Source: the human T2T-CHM13v2.0 reference genome, Homo sapiens. Taken from it: a DNA stretch of 64,000 bases. Under the pieces are notes generated by a model that was given only the letters and a program-made list of their open reading frames with translations, made no database searches and was not told where the DNA came from. The stretch is taken from assembly GCF_009914755.1 (NCBI RefSeq), contig NC_060941.1; one strand, 5' to 3'. Below, piece by piece: positions 36,306-52,253 of the stretch (within the stretch, counting starts at the first letter, position 1; each line of letters starts with the position of its first letter). The translations under genes were made by a program, and so were the position numbers.

Positions 36306-36848
36306 CTTTCTACCCTCTTTATAAAGCTTTTCCTTTGGACAGATTGGCCTGGTTGCTGTTCTACAAATATACTTTATGTGGTTCTGCACCCGGGTCATTA
36401 CAGAAGCTATTGCACCTTTGTAAGGGCTGCCTTCCTTCACCCATCAAATCCTTACCATCCCAAGAAGCACTTTCAAAAACCCCTCTTTGTGAAGTCTCTC
36501 ATGATCATTTACTTTTCACCATCCAGTAATAGACAGGAAATGGAAGATGGGATGTCTATGGACAGAGCTTCCTCCTCTCAATATAACAGCTTAAGAAGCA
36601 TGATGTTTACATCTAAAGTTACTCACACTGTTACTCTTCAGCAAAACAAGAGTGTTGGACTCGATAATTGCAAGGTCCCACCTAACTCCAAGGGACTCCA
36701 AGGGATTGGCTAGGAGAGTTGCTTTCAGGAAGATATAAATAAACACCTGCCTCTCACAGTGTTCACTGCCCCCTCAAACAATAAATGGAAGACACAGTTT
36801 GAATATCAGCTTTTCTGCTTATATGGGGAGAATAGAAATAAAGTTCAC

Positions 36849-36945
36849 TTTGATACATATCTGTTTTTCTCCGTCAAATTCATCAAATTTCAGAATTGCA
36901 CTTGTTCATCCACTGACTTTCCTAAGGGTGGGATAGTAACAAATT
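36849..36945 (-). pseudogene. Fossil exon
   Basis: cttcttgttttcttggcag acceptor; P*ESQWM resembles RGS22 PVESKWI, which also follows FLASEQF in RGS22. Confidence 0.6.
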
Positions 36946-37137
36946 CTGCCAAGAAAACAAGAAGCGAAGTATAATGAATAACAGAACCAGCTTAAAAATT
37001 TGCATCCAAGGTGATCTTTAAACTATGGTTTATTAAGCATAACATATGAATAATTTTCCAAGAAATGGGCCACACACAAAGGTATAATGAATATAATAAT
37101 CTTCATTTCCAACATTTCATTTTGCAGCTCCATTTAC

Positions 37138-37229
37138 TTGAAATGATCGGAGGCAAAAAATATTGTACAACATATTTCCTTTTCATGAACATACTTACAC
37201 ACTATGAGAGAATATGGGATCATTTCAGT
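37138..37229 (-). pseudogene. Fossil exon, RGS C-terminal helix
   Basis: KYVHEKEICCTIFFASDHF resembles RGS22 KHVQNRLENVWLPLFLASEQF; gtaaat donor; acceptor AG appears mutated to AA. Confidence 0.65.
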
Positions 37230-37525
37230 TTGATGGTGGGAAAAAAGTAAGGAAACATGTAGTGTGGATTTCAGGCTCAATTCTGAGTATTGTGTTTTGT
37301 TCAGCAGTCAAATGAATTTCATATTATTTTGTCCCAAGTTATCTTGTCACAAGGTATCACTCCCACTGAAGCATTGGGAAGTGTCACTCCACTGTCAACC
37401 TGTCTGACAATCATATTAGTAAACACTGGCGGCTTGATAGGTCATGCACTGCTCTGGAATACACTGAGAGTGTATTAACATATAGAGTATCACTTTGTCA
37501 AACCTGCTTGTTAATCTACATTTAC

Positions 37526-37729
37526 AGATGTACAGTAGTTGATGGGGTTGAAATGCTTCCCTGGGCAGGTGCACAATGGCCCCAAACCAAAATAAGCAGC
37601 AGAAACAGTAAGCAAGTCTTGAGGTTGGAGTGGAAGTTATCTCCTTTATTTGATGAATTTCAATACCTGCAGACTGCTGACAAAGTCTGTATACTCAGGT
37701 TTTTCTAACAAATGGTTCTTCCAAAAGAG
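37526..37729 (-). pseudogene. Fossil exon
   Basis: LLEEPFVRK..CLFWFGAIVHLPREAFQP resembles RGS22 VYFWFDLQ..QETLQP. Confidence 0.55.
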
Positions 37730-38227
37730 CTTAAGAACATCAAACAGATACCATTTTTCTTTCAATATAGTATAGAATGTGTATGAACTAGGAATCAGTA
37801 CTTCCAGTGTATGCTACTTGTATGGCCTTTCACTAGCAAGGTTACTTAGGTGCTCAACCTCAGTTTTCTTATCTGTAAAAGGGGGATTCATCCATCTACC
37901 CATTTATCCATTCATGGACATCCTGCCTCCTGAGACTCACATGTTCCAGAGACGAAGAACTCTATGATCTTTATTTACTTTTTATCCTTTACTCTGTTCT
38001 TTCTCCCATGTAACCTGACCACCTTCCCATTTCTATCTATGTGCTAGGTCCTAAGTTCTCATGTGCTGTTGGTTACCTAGTAGGTTACCATCTCATATTT
38101 TTCCTTGCTGTCACCGTATTACCATCCCCCCTGCATTCCTGCCACTTAAAATCACAGACAGCAGCATTACACTGTCTATTATCATAAGAGCCAGCCCTCC
38201 CATGCCCTATAATTTTTCCAGGTCATT

Positions 38228-38495
38228 AAGTGGGGCCTCCTTACTTATGTAACATGTTTTCTGCTTTACCCAGACCTGTTGTCATTCACATTTACATTGG
38301 AAAAACATGTAAGTCCTACTGAAGAGGATGCAAGCACTGGCAACATAGGGAGAGAGATACCTCTGTGGGATCCAGGAGCATGTAAGCCTGGGGCTGAAAC
38401 AGCACCCAAGAAAGAGACTGAACCACGGACAATGGCTGTTGTAAGAAATATCCGACCAGGGGAATGAGCAGAAAGAGAATGCCAGGTCATGGAAG
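38228..38495 (-). pseudogene. Fossil exon
   Basis: ttattctcatgttag acceptor; FSLFLGCCFSPRLTCSW has the FxxFL..W spacing of FRQFLETHSSSMDLMCW; YISKEAPL at the end. Confidence 0.45.
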
Positions 38496-39071
38496 CTAAC
38501 ATGAGAATAAGAGATATGCTGCTGATTGGATAAGTCAAAATACTCAGAGCTGATGAAAACGGTAATGGTGCTGCATTTATTGACATCTTACCGTGCCCCA
38601 GACCCTGTGCTAATTGCTTCTCATGCATTGTCTCATTTAATCCTCAAAATGACTCCAGGGTGATTATTACCCCCATTTTAGAGATGAGGAAACTTTGGCT
38701 CATGGTTAAATAATCTGACCACAGACGCACACACACTGCCAGTAAGTGGCAGACCCAGATTCAGATTCAAGCCAGACCTCAGGCCCTTAGCCACCACTTT
38801 TACAGTCTCTCCTCAGCCAAAAATCAAGAAAGAAAGGCCAGAGTTAGGAGTGGCTGGAAAAACAGTATTTCTACCCCATTCATGTTAGAAACTTACACTC
38901 TGCATTTTTGCAGGTTTACTTTATCTATCCAAAGAAATAATTTCTGCTTATCCCTTTTTTTCTTCCTCAGGCATAAGGTTAGAGGTATCAAGAGGCTTTG
39001 CATTATGAATAAGCAACACCCACACACAAGAATTGTAAGCAGTAAAGGCTGTCTTCTCTCACATAGCATGA

Positions 39072-39435
<364 letters not shown>

Positions 39436-40249
39436 GTCTGGGGAATTTTAATTCAGCAACACGACTGTGCTCTATGTGCCTTTTACATTTTCACTCTGCC
39501 ATCTTAGCCTTTTGGAGCTGTTGCCCCTCATGGTAACAAGATGGCTGCAGCACCTCCAGGCACCAAGCACAGACTACAGATGTTCAGTAAATAAATGGGG
39601 TATTTCTCCCATGCCTCTCTATTTGGTAGAAGAAAAGACCTTTACCAGAGCTTCTTTAAAAATCTCCCCTTGGGCTTTATGTCCATGGCCAAGCCTAATC
39701 ACTGGCACAGAGGAGGGAATTGCTATAGGTAGCTTAGATCAATCGTGATTCACTCTCTACCCACATGGGATGGAAAAATCCAAAACAAAACTAAAGAGGA
39801 ACATGATGAGAGCACATGGGGAAGTGAGGATGGGGGTGAGCAGGAAAGGAGGCTACTGAGTAAGCAAAAGATAGTGACTGCCATGCAGACTAAGGGAAAA
39901 GGAGATGGCTAGATGGCCTTGACTCCTTATTAATTTTCTCCCATAAAGCTAATTATGCAAATTGGGGATACACACACACACACACACACACACACGTAAA
40001 GAACCTCAAATAATCACAATGGGAACTAAATTCACAACACAAATGACTACCAAGTTTACTTAAGTGCTTAACCTCTGTTTTCTTGTCTATAAAATGGGGA
40101 TTCATCCATCTACCCATTCATTCATTCATTCACGGACATTCCTTCATGGACTTCTACCAAATAGAGACGCATGGGAGAAATACTCCATTTATTTACTAAA
40201 TATCTGTAGTCTGTGCTTGATGCCTGGAGGTACTGCAGTCATGCGTGAC

Positions 40250-40389
40250 CTTCTATTTCTTCAGTGGGTATATATGGTTGTGAGTAGCCTCTGTGGACCC
40301 AGTAAGAACAAGGTGATGTTCAAACCCTTCAAGGTTGCTGTCTTATTCCCATGGAAGAGTTTCCTTATGTGTATCTTTTCACTAAACTG
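40250..40389 (-). pseudogene. Fossil exon
   Basis: Very strong acceptor (ttttcttgttactttttgtgtcctcttgcagcag). TLFLLGPQRLLTTIYTH* has the F..W spacing of YVFREAQMTIFGVLFKFW if TGA derives from TGG. Confidence 0.55.
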
Positions 40390-40427
40390 CTGCAAGAGGA
40401 CACAAAAAGTAACAAGAAAACAGTAGT

Positions 40428-40762
<335 letters not shown>

Positions 40763-40954
40763 CTATCAGAATCACACCCACTTCCACCCACATTTTCGTC
40801 TTGATGAGGAGACCAAGCAACTCAAGTCTGTCTTATTTCTCATTTGCAGCACACTACAGGTTAGCTGCTATAAGTCATGGGTGTCGCTTGTCTAATAGCA
40901 CTTGTATCTCTACATAGGAGACGGTGGGAAAGTTAATATCAAGGTGGCTTTTAC

Positions 40955-41136
40955 GCATCTGAGATATATTTTGTGTACCAGAATGGTTCCAAAGAGAACC
41001 TTTTAGTTTTAGTGTGAACTGCATAATGATACACAGTCAACTGGGCCTCTGTCTGGTGACAGTCTTCAAAACCAAAACTAAATTTTCCCCATGGAAATAT
41101 GTTTAGGAATAGAGGCCCACAGTGATATTTCTACTC
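40955..41136 (-). pseudogene. Fossil exon
   Basis: tttcctcttag acceptor; HGENL(shift)FW resembles RGS ENxxFW; ends HKIYL. Confidence 0.5.
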
Positions 41137-41298
41137 CTAAGAGGAAATTGTTCACATCAGCAGAATATTAAGTTCATGTTAAAAATATAAATTCCTCTAC
41201 TGTCTTTCTCTGTACTTAATTCTGACCACACGCTTCTCACTCGGGAAGACCAAGGTAATAACCAGCTCTCTAATGGGGTCACTCAAGGCTACACTTAC

Positions 41299-42289
<991 letters not shown>

Positions 42290-43033
42290 CTGTATTCCAG
42301 GACCAAAAGAATTTGAAAGGAGAAGAAGTGAAGAACCAATGTCTATTCTAATAAAAAGTCCAAAATGCACCCCTCTTCCCTCACTTCCTCAAACCCTCAT
42401 GAAATATAATAAGAACCAACAGAAACCAAGCTATCAACAGCGTGAGTTATCAAACTGTATAAAAAACCTGTGTTTACATTTGTTGCCATTTCGAGCCTTT
42501 CATACCCATAGTTCCGTAATGTAAATGTTACTTTATCTTACAGAACCCTTGATTCCTGGCTGAAAGCTGCTCTGTGAACATGAAGAGTCTCCTTTTTTGA
42601 CCACCTTCCTTCTGGTACCCCAGAGAGTAAATGGTTCTTGTGACTTAGAAGCTGTTCCTCTTTGCCCAGACACTCAAATGTGCCTTTCCATGGGAGCAGA
42701 GACACTGAAATTGATGAAATTGACACTGAAATCTATGCGGATTCTGTTGTTTTTCTCTAGCTGAGAATGAATGAGTAATGAGTGAGTGAGCATTCACCTG
42801 CTGAGTATCTGTGATGTCTGAAGCACTTTGATAGGCGCTTTTTCCTGGCCTCTTTTTTAGACCTCACAGTGACCAATGTGCTTCTGAACAAATCCCAGAG
42901 GAATTAAATGGTTTGCTCCAGTTCACTTAGAAAGCAGCAAAACTGTGTGACTCAAACCAGGCTTCTCAGCTTCTCCCCTCAGATCTAATGCCTTTCACAC
43001 AACATTTTTTTTTTCATCTGTACTGATACATAC

Positions 43034-43336
43034 TAGAGGACAATCCAATGAAATAAAAATGTACTTATGTAGAAGTACGATGCATACAATAGCCTATGGT
43101 GGAATTTGGGCCAATTTTTTTGAGCTGAGCAGAATTCAGAAAAGGAGAAAAGAAACAGAGAAACCATTAAAGACTGGAAGAGTATGAGCAAAGGAGGTTG
43201 CACATGTCACTAGAATGGGTTGGAGGCCAGCAAGAACATCTGTATAGACAGCTTTCATTCAGAAGCTCTGCCTCTGTAACCTTGAAATTCTGGACTCCAA
43301 GGTGATTTCCTGGGTTTTTGTTTCCTTTTTCCAGAG
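43034..43336 (-). pseudogene. Fossil exon, RGS N-half (original of the 41355-41728 duplicate)
   Basis: MKAVYTDVLAG resembles RGS22 LQSLYVENRAG and RGSL1 HLALCADACAG; HRLLYASYFYI; gtatgt donor. Confidence 0.7.
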
Positions 43337-43369
43337 CTCCAAAGAGCACAGCACATTGTTTGCCTGAGT

Positions 43370-43960
43370 TACCCATTCACTCGACAGATAGTGATTGAGT
43401 TGCTTCTTTATGCCTAGCCTTGTATTAGACACCTGGGATCCAACAGAGAGCAAGACAGGCATGGTGCTTGCCCATGAAAATTCTAGAGAGACAGTAAGCA
43501 AGTAAGCAATGACTAAATAAGATAATTGATTGTGCTGTGAAAGCAATAAATAGGGAAATGAGATAGAGAGTAACTGGGAGAGGGCGGGAAGACCTCTCTG
43601 AATAGGTGATATTTGAGCTAAGACCTGAGGGACTAAAGGGAGCCAGTCATGCAAACACAGAGATGGCATTCTCAGCATTAGGAATAACCAACTCACTGAG
43701 AAGGGACATAATGGAAGCTGGTGTGCTTGGCATCCAGTGAGCAGGCAAGATGTGGTGTGGGATGACAGGAAGGCAGGAGCCAGAAGTGGAAGGTCATTTT
43801 AGGTCATGTGAAGGAGTCTGGATTTTATTCTAAGTCTAATTGGAAGCGGGAAAGTGACATGATCTGATTTACATTTTTAGCAAGATCCCTCTGGTTGTTA
43901 GAAAATGGGCTGGGAGGCAGGGTGGGACTTAGCAATCACATTCAGGGAGCAGTTGTGGTC
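43370..43960. mobile_element. L2 fragment
   Basis: ggtgatatttgagctaagacctga..ggattttattctaag..gacatgatctgattt. Confidence 0.7.
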
Positions 43961-45357
43961 ACTCGTAGAAAAAGGAAATCCTCTAGAATAACCTGAACAA
44001 TATAACAATCACACTTTTGATACCACCTTTTTCCTGTTGTCAAGAGAGCAGCTGATTCATGAATATCTTTTGTTGTCTTGTAATAGCAATAGCAATTTCT
44101 CTTTAAAAAACATATTTATTCTGCTTTGCAACTTGCTTTCTAAAAAGTTAACATATTATGAGCTATCTTGAATTTATTAATTATTTTACTACATATTTTT
44201 TGATGGTTGCATATTATTCCAGCATATTGATATGTTTTTGTGAAATAAACTTTCACTGTTATAAATAGTGCTGCAATGCTCAATCTTAAAGACAAAACTT
44301 GGTGAATATCTTTGACATTTTCCTAAGAAAAAATTCCCAGTGATAGAACTGCTGTTTTAAAGAAAAACTTTCTGGAACCTTTCTTTTGATGCACATCGCT
44401 AAATTCTGCTCCAAGAGTTCTTATTTATTCACACTTTTATCAACTTTTTCCAACACAGAAAATTATCAAATTTTTTAAAGTAAAATGCTGGTCCCTTGAT
44501 AGCTATGAAACAGTACTCTAATTTTTTTTGTAAATATAACATTGCTCAAAAAATAAATTCTATTAATTAAAAAAATCCTTGTGCCACTTAATTTACATTT
44601 TCTGGTCTAGATGTTTACTTTTTCCTTATTTGCTCAGGCATATTTTGCATTAAAAAAAGAGAGGAAAAAACTAAATTCAGATCAAATCAGAATTTCTTTT
44701 GAGTTGCAAAACTTCGTGAAACTGGAACCAAGCCTTAACCTTGACCTAAATTTGAATATGGTACCCAAGGCAGCATCCTGTGAATGGGTCTGTTTATCCT
44801 CTGAAGCTTCCATAGACATGTGCTTGTTTTAGGGGAAAATTTAGGAGAAAAGGAAAAGGAAATACAGACAGGAAAAACAAAACAAAACAAAACACCAGCT
44901 CTCAGATTTTACTTATCCTCTTCAATCTTTCCTATCAAACTTACGTTTCCATTTTCCTTATACACAATTTTTTTAAAAAGCTGGGTCAATTCAATACCTG
45001 CTGACCACTTACACCATCCCAGGCCCATTGCTGTGCCCAGGGAACTCAAAGGTCATTCAAAAACTATCTCTGCCCTCAGGATTTCAGAATGTCATGTGGG
45101 AGATAAGCTACCGAAGTTGAAATGAGTGTGATGAGAGCAATGTTAGAAAGTTGCAGGAGGCACACAGGAATCATCAAGAGGGCAGGAGGAACTGTGAAAA
45201 CCAGCCCTCCCCAGCAGAGACCAAGCCAGGAGTCAGCTGTGGTGAGGTGAAGACAAGTGCCTTGAGCTGGTATTGGAAGGAAGGGCATGAAACAGCCGAG
45301 GGGTAGAAGTGGAGAAAGCAGGGAAGAGGCCAGGATGGAATAGTGAAAAACATAAGA

Positions 45358-45575
45358 CCAGGAAGTTAGCAAACCATGGCCCACAGGCAGTCCTCTGCCT
45401 GCTTTTTACAGCCTTCCAACTAAGAATGATTTTTACAATTTTAAGTGTAAAATGCAAAAAACAAAAGACTGTTAGCCTCTCTGTGAGCACAGTTACTCAA
45501 TTTGGCTTTTTTTTGCACACAAAATCTAAAATGTTTATTATTTGGCCCTCTGTAGAAAAAGTTTGCCAATCCTTA
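45358..45575. mobile_element. MER58-like hAT MITE
   Basis: Termini ..ttagcaaac / ..gaaaaagtttgccaatcc. Confidence 0.7.
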
Positions 45576-45955
45576 GTGAAGAATTTTGTGTTCTATGCTC
45601 AGACTATTGAATTCTATCCTGTGGGTGACAAATGCCATTAAGCAAAGGATAAACATGTTCTGTTTTGCATTAAAAACAAAACAAAACCTCTTTGGGGACA
45701 AAATGTAGAAGTAAACTCAAAGGGAGAGGCAGGCTAGAAAAACTAGTTAAAAGCCTACTTCTATAGTCTAGGAAAGGAGCCACAAGCAAAGAAGGGTAAT
45801 TATTTTCATTAGATGCTTAAAAATACATACACCATTTTTTCTAATACATAAGTGAAAAAATCTTGGATTTGAAGAATAACTTCCCCTAATCAAGGCAGCC
45901 CTTCTTGGGGGAGGAGAAGAGAATTCTTAAAAATGACCATGACCCTTGACTCTAC

Positions 45956-46068
45956 CCATAGAGCCTAAACACTATTGCCACTACACTGCAGTCACTGGAC
46001 ATGGTCATTCTTGAAAATGAAGATGTCCAGAAATTAAAACTCTAGATTGTGTCAATGTCTATACAGAG
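45956..46068 (-). pseudogene. Fossil exon, RGS helix 5-6 region
   Basis: tttcctcatcag acceptor, GG|gtagag donor. LCIDID(shift)QSRVLISGHL matches the canonical RGS [VI]NIDxxTRxxIxxxL spacing. Confidence 0.65.
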
Positions 46069-46429
46069 CTGATGAGGAAAAACTCAACAGGATACAATTA
46101 ATAGAAATGGAACAAATATTTAAATTCTTGTTCAAGCTATAGTTCGACACTGTTCCCTCCTCAAAGAAGTCCCTGTAGGGTACCTCAAATTGTAGCACAC
46201 AGAAAACAACCTACACTTCCAGGGCATGGATTTGACCCTATCCCTGCTTTCCTCATCAATTCAGACTAAAGAAGAATAGGATAGTGTTTTAAGAAACTAA
46301 ATGACAGGGTTGTGGACACTGGGGCTAAACCACAATGAAAACGGCTATTTTCTCTCAAGCTTTCCTGGAAAGCAAGAGAAGTATGTGGTCTGCATCTTTT
46401 TAAAATGGCACAGTCTAGACCCTATCCTT

Positions 46430-47074
46430 AACTGCATTAACTGCATTCTTATGAGACGGAAAGACTTTAAGCCAGCAAGATGCAAATTTCTGGGTGTTTC
46501 CTTTGCTTTCTTTTCAGTCTTTCTGATTGGCAAAACTGGTCTCCAAAGCAGAACTAGACTGATGCTGGTGAGGATGTCCTGCCTTTGCTCCAAGCTCATG
46601 AGGAGTCTAGATCCAGGCTAGAGTTCAGTGTCATTAGCACCGGCTGGTTCAAGCCATGCTTCATGGGGCTTCTGGAATTCCGGCAAAACCAGGTCAGTTG
46701 GCAAGAGTCTATCCCTGTTCCTCATGCGTTCAGGTTGATCAGCAGCGACTGAGAAGCCTCTCTTGCCTTTGGAAGGCTCATAGGAAGTGGAAGTTTGAGG
46801 CCCTCCTCACACAATCTCACATCTAACGAGGCTTAGTTCTGCTCTGGTCCTCGTCCAGGTCTCCTCACCCTCTGTGGCTGCTGGCAGGTGTTAGGCAGCT
46901 TTCTGGTGGCCATTTCTTTTGATAACCATCTTCCTGTGTCCCATTGATGTCCAGTCACTCTCGTGATTCTCTATCCACCCTCCTGACTTCTTGCAGAGCC
47001 TCATGGAGAAGTTTCTCACTGAGCCCTCTAAGTGATACATCTGTTTGCATCTCCCTTCACAGGCCCTCAGTGGC
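46430..47074 (-). pseudogene. Fossil exon (RGS C-half, linker, next N-half)
   Basis: ttttctttatcag acceptor; REMQTDVSLRGLSEKLLHEALQEV, later GSRLLMSLEQRQDILTSISLVLLWRPV..EKKAKE. Donor not clear. Confidence 0.65.
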
Positions 47075-48201
47075 CTGATAAAGAAAATATGGGAAAAACA
47101 TGGGGGCAATGATCAACTCTGATTTTCTTGTATGTTGAGACCTTGTCCCTTCTGTGGCTTGGGGTGTGTCCTTACAATCCCTAGGTGTGTTTTTCTATGA
47201 TAATGTAGGTAAGCAACACTTCCCTATATGTCCATGCCAGCCTACAACCTCTAATCCTTCCCCCTGTGTCTCCTAACATACAGGACAGAATAACAAATTG
47301 TATTAATAAATAACCTTAAGTATCTTATGGTTCATTAGGGAAATTGGAAAGATTATTCCCGCTTGTTACAGATTTAATTACGACTGTGTGGTGTGACAAT
47401 TGGCATTGGAGAAGGTAAATCAGAAACCATAGAATGGCCTCATATTACCCATCTATCTAATAATGTTGACCTCACTGAAATAGCCTGTAATGAAGACAAA
47501 TGTGCTGTTTGTAAATTTTAAAGTGAAAATGTAAAGAAAATTGATCAAACACTACATATTAGGGTAAGAAAATCATAAAAAATTTGAACTCCCTATAACC
47601 AGAATTAAAGAATTGAAGTTAACCATTATTCTTCAAAAACTTTAGTTAATAAAGCACTGTAATAGAAAAATGCAATATTGTCCAGAAATTGTTCTGGATT
47701 TCTAAAGAAAATTGATGAAAGCACAAAGAGAGAGAGGTGTGGCAGAGACATAGGAGTGGATGTGTTCAGAGCTGAAACAAATCACCCCCAAAATTTAGTA
47801 GTTCAAAACAACAACCACAGTTTATTTGTTCATGATTCTGCAGTTTGGACAAGAGGGACCATGGCGTGAGCTGGGGTCTCCACAAGGCTCTATACCGCTG
47901 GGAGTTGGAACACAAAAGATGTCTTTGCTCCCATGTCTGGAGTCTGAGCTGGGCTTGCTGGGCTTCTCTCTCCAGTGGAACAGTTAAACTACCTGAACCA
48001 GAGCTCAGGGCTCCTGGAGAGGGAAGGGTTCTTAAGGAACAGAGAGCTCTATTATATTCTATTGATCAAAACAAAGTACAAAGTACAAGGTGAGATTCAA
48101 GGAGTCAACTCCACCTCTTATTGGGAGGAGTGACTTGTGGATACAGAGATAAGAGGATGTACTGGAGACAACCTACCACAGATGCTTTTGTGTTAGAGCA
48201 C

Positions 48202-48946
48202 TGACGAAGACCCTCTCCTCAACCAAACTCCAGTCATCCTCCCCTAAGCAGTCTTCTCAACTAGGCCTCAACCTTGGCCTGTAAGAACTGCAACTTTCAG
48301 CATAAACAATTCTGTGTACCCCTCACCCATCCCCACTAAGAGGCCTGAACAAATACTAGCACAGTTTTTGTCAGCTCGAGCCCATGCCCCTAGGGTGATG
48401 ACCCCAACCTCCATAAATGCCCGCTTAGAAAGCTCAGCACTGCCAAAAGAATTTACTCTCTGTTTCACCCAGAACCTGATTTCAGGCCTCTGACTTCCCT
48501 TTCCTTAGAACATTGACTTTAGAAAACTTGTAACTGTAAATTCTTTCTTTGTGTCTCTAAGTTGCATCTTCTATAACCCAGAAATGTCTTTCTTAAGAAC
48601 CTAGGAGCCATTCCTTTGAAATTTAATCATCAGGAAGGATAGGATTCCTGTCTCCCAGTCTTTGTGGATGGGTAGGAGCCTATTATAAGCACCAGTTAGC
48701 AGACACAGATGGCCAAATCTCATGGACCAATCGCTTTCCTCTCCTAACTTTTTGTAATTTTCCACTTTCTGTCTTTGCTCAAGTTCCCATTGGCTCCTCC
48801 TCCCCACTCCCTCAGTCTCAGTTTAAAGTGACTTTCACCTTTGCACAGATCAGAATTGAGCTCCATCTCTCCTCCCTACTGCAGCAGTCTAAATAAAATA
48901 TGTCTTATGATTTTCAACAAGTGTCCAGTTAATAATTTTTTTGACA
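48202..48946 (+). mobile_element. MER31-like ERV1 solo LTR
   Basis: tgacgaagaccctctcctcaaccaaact ... aataaa ... tttgaca. Confidence 0.75.
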
Positions 48947-49954
48947 CTAACCTTGATGAAAGATGATTTTCTCTTGTAATTACATTGAGGATATAGAGAA
49001 GTAAACAGAGCTGAGATGTATTCAGAGGCTGATCAAAATTTTTAGAGGCGAAGGGAAAGAGAATGCATCAGAAGTCAAAGATCAGGTTCAAGATTCAGGC
49101 TTGAGCAACTGCAGAGATAGGGGTACCGTTCATTGAGACTGGCAACATGAGGAGAAGGGCAGATGTGGGGTTAGTTCAGACATGCTGACTTGGAAAAGGC
49201 TTCCAAATGGAGAGGTCCATTATAGGCCATTGGGTATATGGATATGAAGTTTTGAAAAGAGATGAGTTGCAGGAGAGCATCTTGAACCCTTAAACATTCC
49301 AGGAACTAATTAAAGCCATGAGTGTAATCGAGAAAAACTAGAGGGAGTGTTCAGAAGAAAAACAAATAAAGTCTTCAACATTTGGGGGTGAGAAAATTAA
49401 ATATTGACTGCAAAGAAAACTGAGAAGGAGCAGCCAGAGAGCAGGCGAGATGGAATTGATCCACAGATTGGCTAGACAGAGTATTGCTAAACTTGTATCA
49501 TGGCATGGGAATGCAAACCATTGCAGAAAGTGAAGGGTGTTCTTTCTGAGAGCTTGCAGTGACTCTGTGAACTAAGGAAGTTTAGACTGCTGAGAATGAG
49601 AGCAGAGGAAATTGGATAGAGAAAAGTAGAAAAGGTTTGAAATATCTGTTATAGGAAATGAGAGCAAAACCGAACCAAGTTCAAGGTTGTATTATCAAGA
49701 CTCTACATCAGATGGTGTAAAGATGGAAATGAACACAGAATTGGCTGTCCAATATCCAGGATGGACAAGACTAAGTGTTGCAAAGAAAGAGAACTAACTA
49801 TAGCACTGAAACATGGAGTCTCTCCATATATCTTCCCCCAAATAGACCGATATATACACAAATATATTCTTTATTCTTAGAGAGAGATTATCTGTCTAGA
49901 GGTTGGGAAACATGTGGGAAATGAGAAATCCTGTTTTTTGTTTTTTTCTGTTAC

Positions 49955-50183
49955 TATATTAACATTCTCCAAATCACATGATTTTCCCTGCAGTGAAGAG
50001 CAGCTCAAGAAGTTTGTTCACGTTTTTATATTCATCTGTATGATGCCAACATAATCAATCCTAAGCAGAAGATTTTTCTGTCCCCATAAGCTGCCCTGCT
50101 CTTCCCCAGCTGCTGGTAGGGCTTGGGTATGTGCCCAGTGTTCAACTCCTGTAACCTGCTCTTACAGAGTGCAGAATAGATGC
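49955..50183 (-). pseudogene. Fossil exon, RGS N-half
   Basis: EKSSA*D*LCWHHTDEYKN..TAGKIM aligns without gaps to RGS22 THSSSMDLMCWTDIEQFRR; AG and GT ends. Confidence 0.7.
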
Positions 50184-51038
50184 CTTAAATCAACAGGACA
50201 TATTGTGAAACACCTATTACATGCCAACGCTCTGCTTCCTTACTCCTAATAGCTGAATGTTTCAGTTCTTAACATTCAGGGTATTAAAAAATGAACCTAA
50301 AAGAACTGTTTAGATGGGATTTACTTTAGCTGCTAATTCATTCCAGACACAAGGCTAGAAAAATTTGTGTTTGAAGGCCACATTTGACCCTTAACCTGAA
50401 TTTATCTGTCCTTGGAGAAAGGATCAAAAACTAGAATACTGAGATAGTCCCAGGAATGTGAAAACACCATGTCACACTGAAAGCTGACTTAGCCACAACA
50501 TCTGAAGAGGGTGTAGGAGAGAGAAGTTTTTGTGTGGAAATCATCTCCCTTGTGCCTTTGCCCCTTCTCTCTGTCTTTCTTATTGACTGACAATAAATAT
50601 GGACCAAATGTACACTGTTTTAGTATTTAGTGACTAGAATTACATACTCCTTTTTAAGAGTTAAAAGGTGGCCTTCAAAAATTATTCCTCAGTGTCCCTT
50701 AAATTTTTTTCTATAGCTTTTTTTTTCATACGGCTCATAATCTGTGAAAGAAATGCCCCATTTCAGTACCAGACAAGAAAGTTCAGATGAAACTTGTTAA
50801 ATGATCCAATTTTTAAAGGAAAAGTTGGCATGAGCTGATGTGTCCAGATTTTTTTCTTTTTTTTTTTTTCTAATTAGCCTCATGGCTTCTTTGAAAACAC
50901 ACAGGGCACAAACATGATTTCAAATGATGTCAGCTGGTAGACAAATTTGCTTTCCTTTTTGTGTTACGATATTTTTGTATTTATCTAAATCATAACTAAA
51001 TATAAGTTTGTCTATTAAATGTAAAAAATATTGAGGGC

Positions 51039-51369
51039 AGGCCGGGCACGGTGGCTCACGCCTGTAATCCCAGCACTTTGGGAGGCCAAGGCGGGTAGAC
51101 CACGAGGTCAAGAGATCGAGACCATCCTGCCGAACATGATGAAACCCCATCTCTACTAAAAATACAAAAATTAGCCAGGCGTGGTGGTGGGCACCTGTAG
51201 TCCCAGCTACTCGGGAGGCTGAGGCATATCCTCTTCTGAGGAGGATGGCGTGAACCTGGGAGGTGGAGCTTGCGGTGAGCCAAGATAGCACCACTGCACT
51301 CCAGCCTGGGTAACAGAGAGAGACTCTGTTGCAAGAAAACAAAAACAAAAACAAAAACAAAAACAAAAC
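51039..51369 (+). mobile_element. Alu carrying a 13-bp foreign insert
   Basis: gaggca[tatcctcttctga]ggag. Confidence 0.95.
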
Positions 51370-51370
51370 A

Positions 51371-51745
51371 TACATATATATTTATATATATATATATATA
51401 TTAATTGGTGCTGCAATGAATATATGTGTGCATGTATCTTTATACTAGAATGATTTATATTCCTTTGGGTGTATACCCAGTAATTGGATTGCTGGGTCAA
51501 ATGGTATTTTTGGTTCTAGATCCTTGAGGAATCATCACACTGTCTTCCACAATGGTTGAACTAATTTACATTCCCACCAACAGTGTAAAAGCGTTTTATA
51601 TATATATATGTGTGTGTGTGTATATATATGTATATATATGTGTGTGTGTTTATATATATGTGTATATATGTGTGTGTGTATATATATATGTGTATATATA
51701 TGTGTGCATATATATATATGTATGTATGTATATATAGAGAGAGAG
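51371..51745. repeat. (TA)n/(TG)n microsatellite interrupted by an inverted L1 piece (51405-51595)
   Basis: Direct inspection. Confidence 0.9.
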
Positions 51746-51966
51746 GGCAAAGATAGTGACTCTTAGATTTTCATGGAACACCTAGTATGGGTCCTTGATC
51801 TTAAAGAGCTTCATAGGATAAATAAGTATTATGATCTCTTATTTTTTAAGCAGATATATTTTATTTAGACCACTTAAGAGTGCCACCAGCTCCACAGATA
51901 TGGTAACTTTCTGGCTAGAAAGTAGCAAGTTTTATTTTCCTAGAATAAGGCTAAAGAAATAGCTTT

Positions 51967-52253
<287 letters not shown>

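Noticed and set aside
44680-44822. Possible extra fossil exon (..LGSSFTKFCNS); similar weak candidates at 54970-55135 and 60770-60890
   Set aside because: Motif matches are too short to separate from chance by eye, so they are left out of the feature list.
45013-45107. Minus-strand segment with a strong gtaagt donor
   Set aside because: The sequence resembles an L2 3' end and has no family motif.
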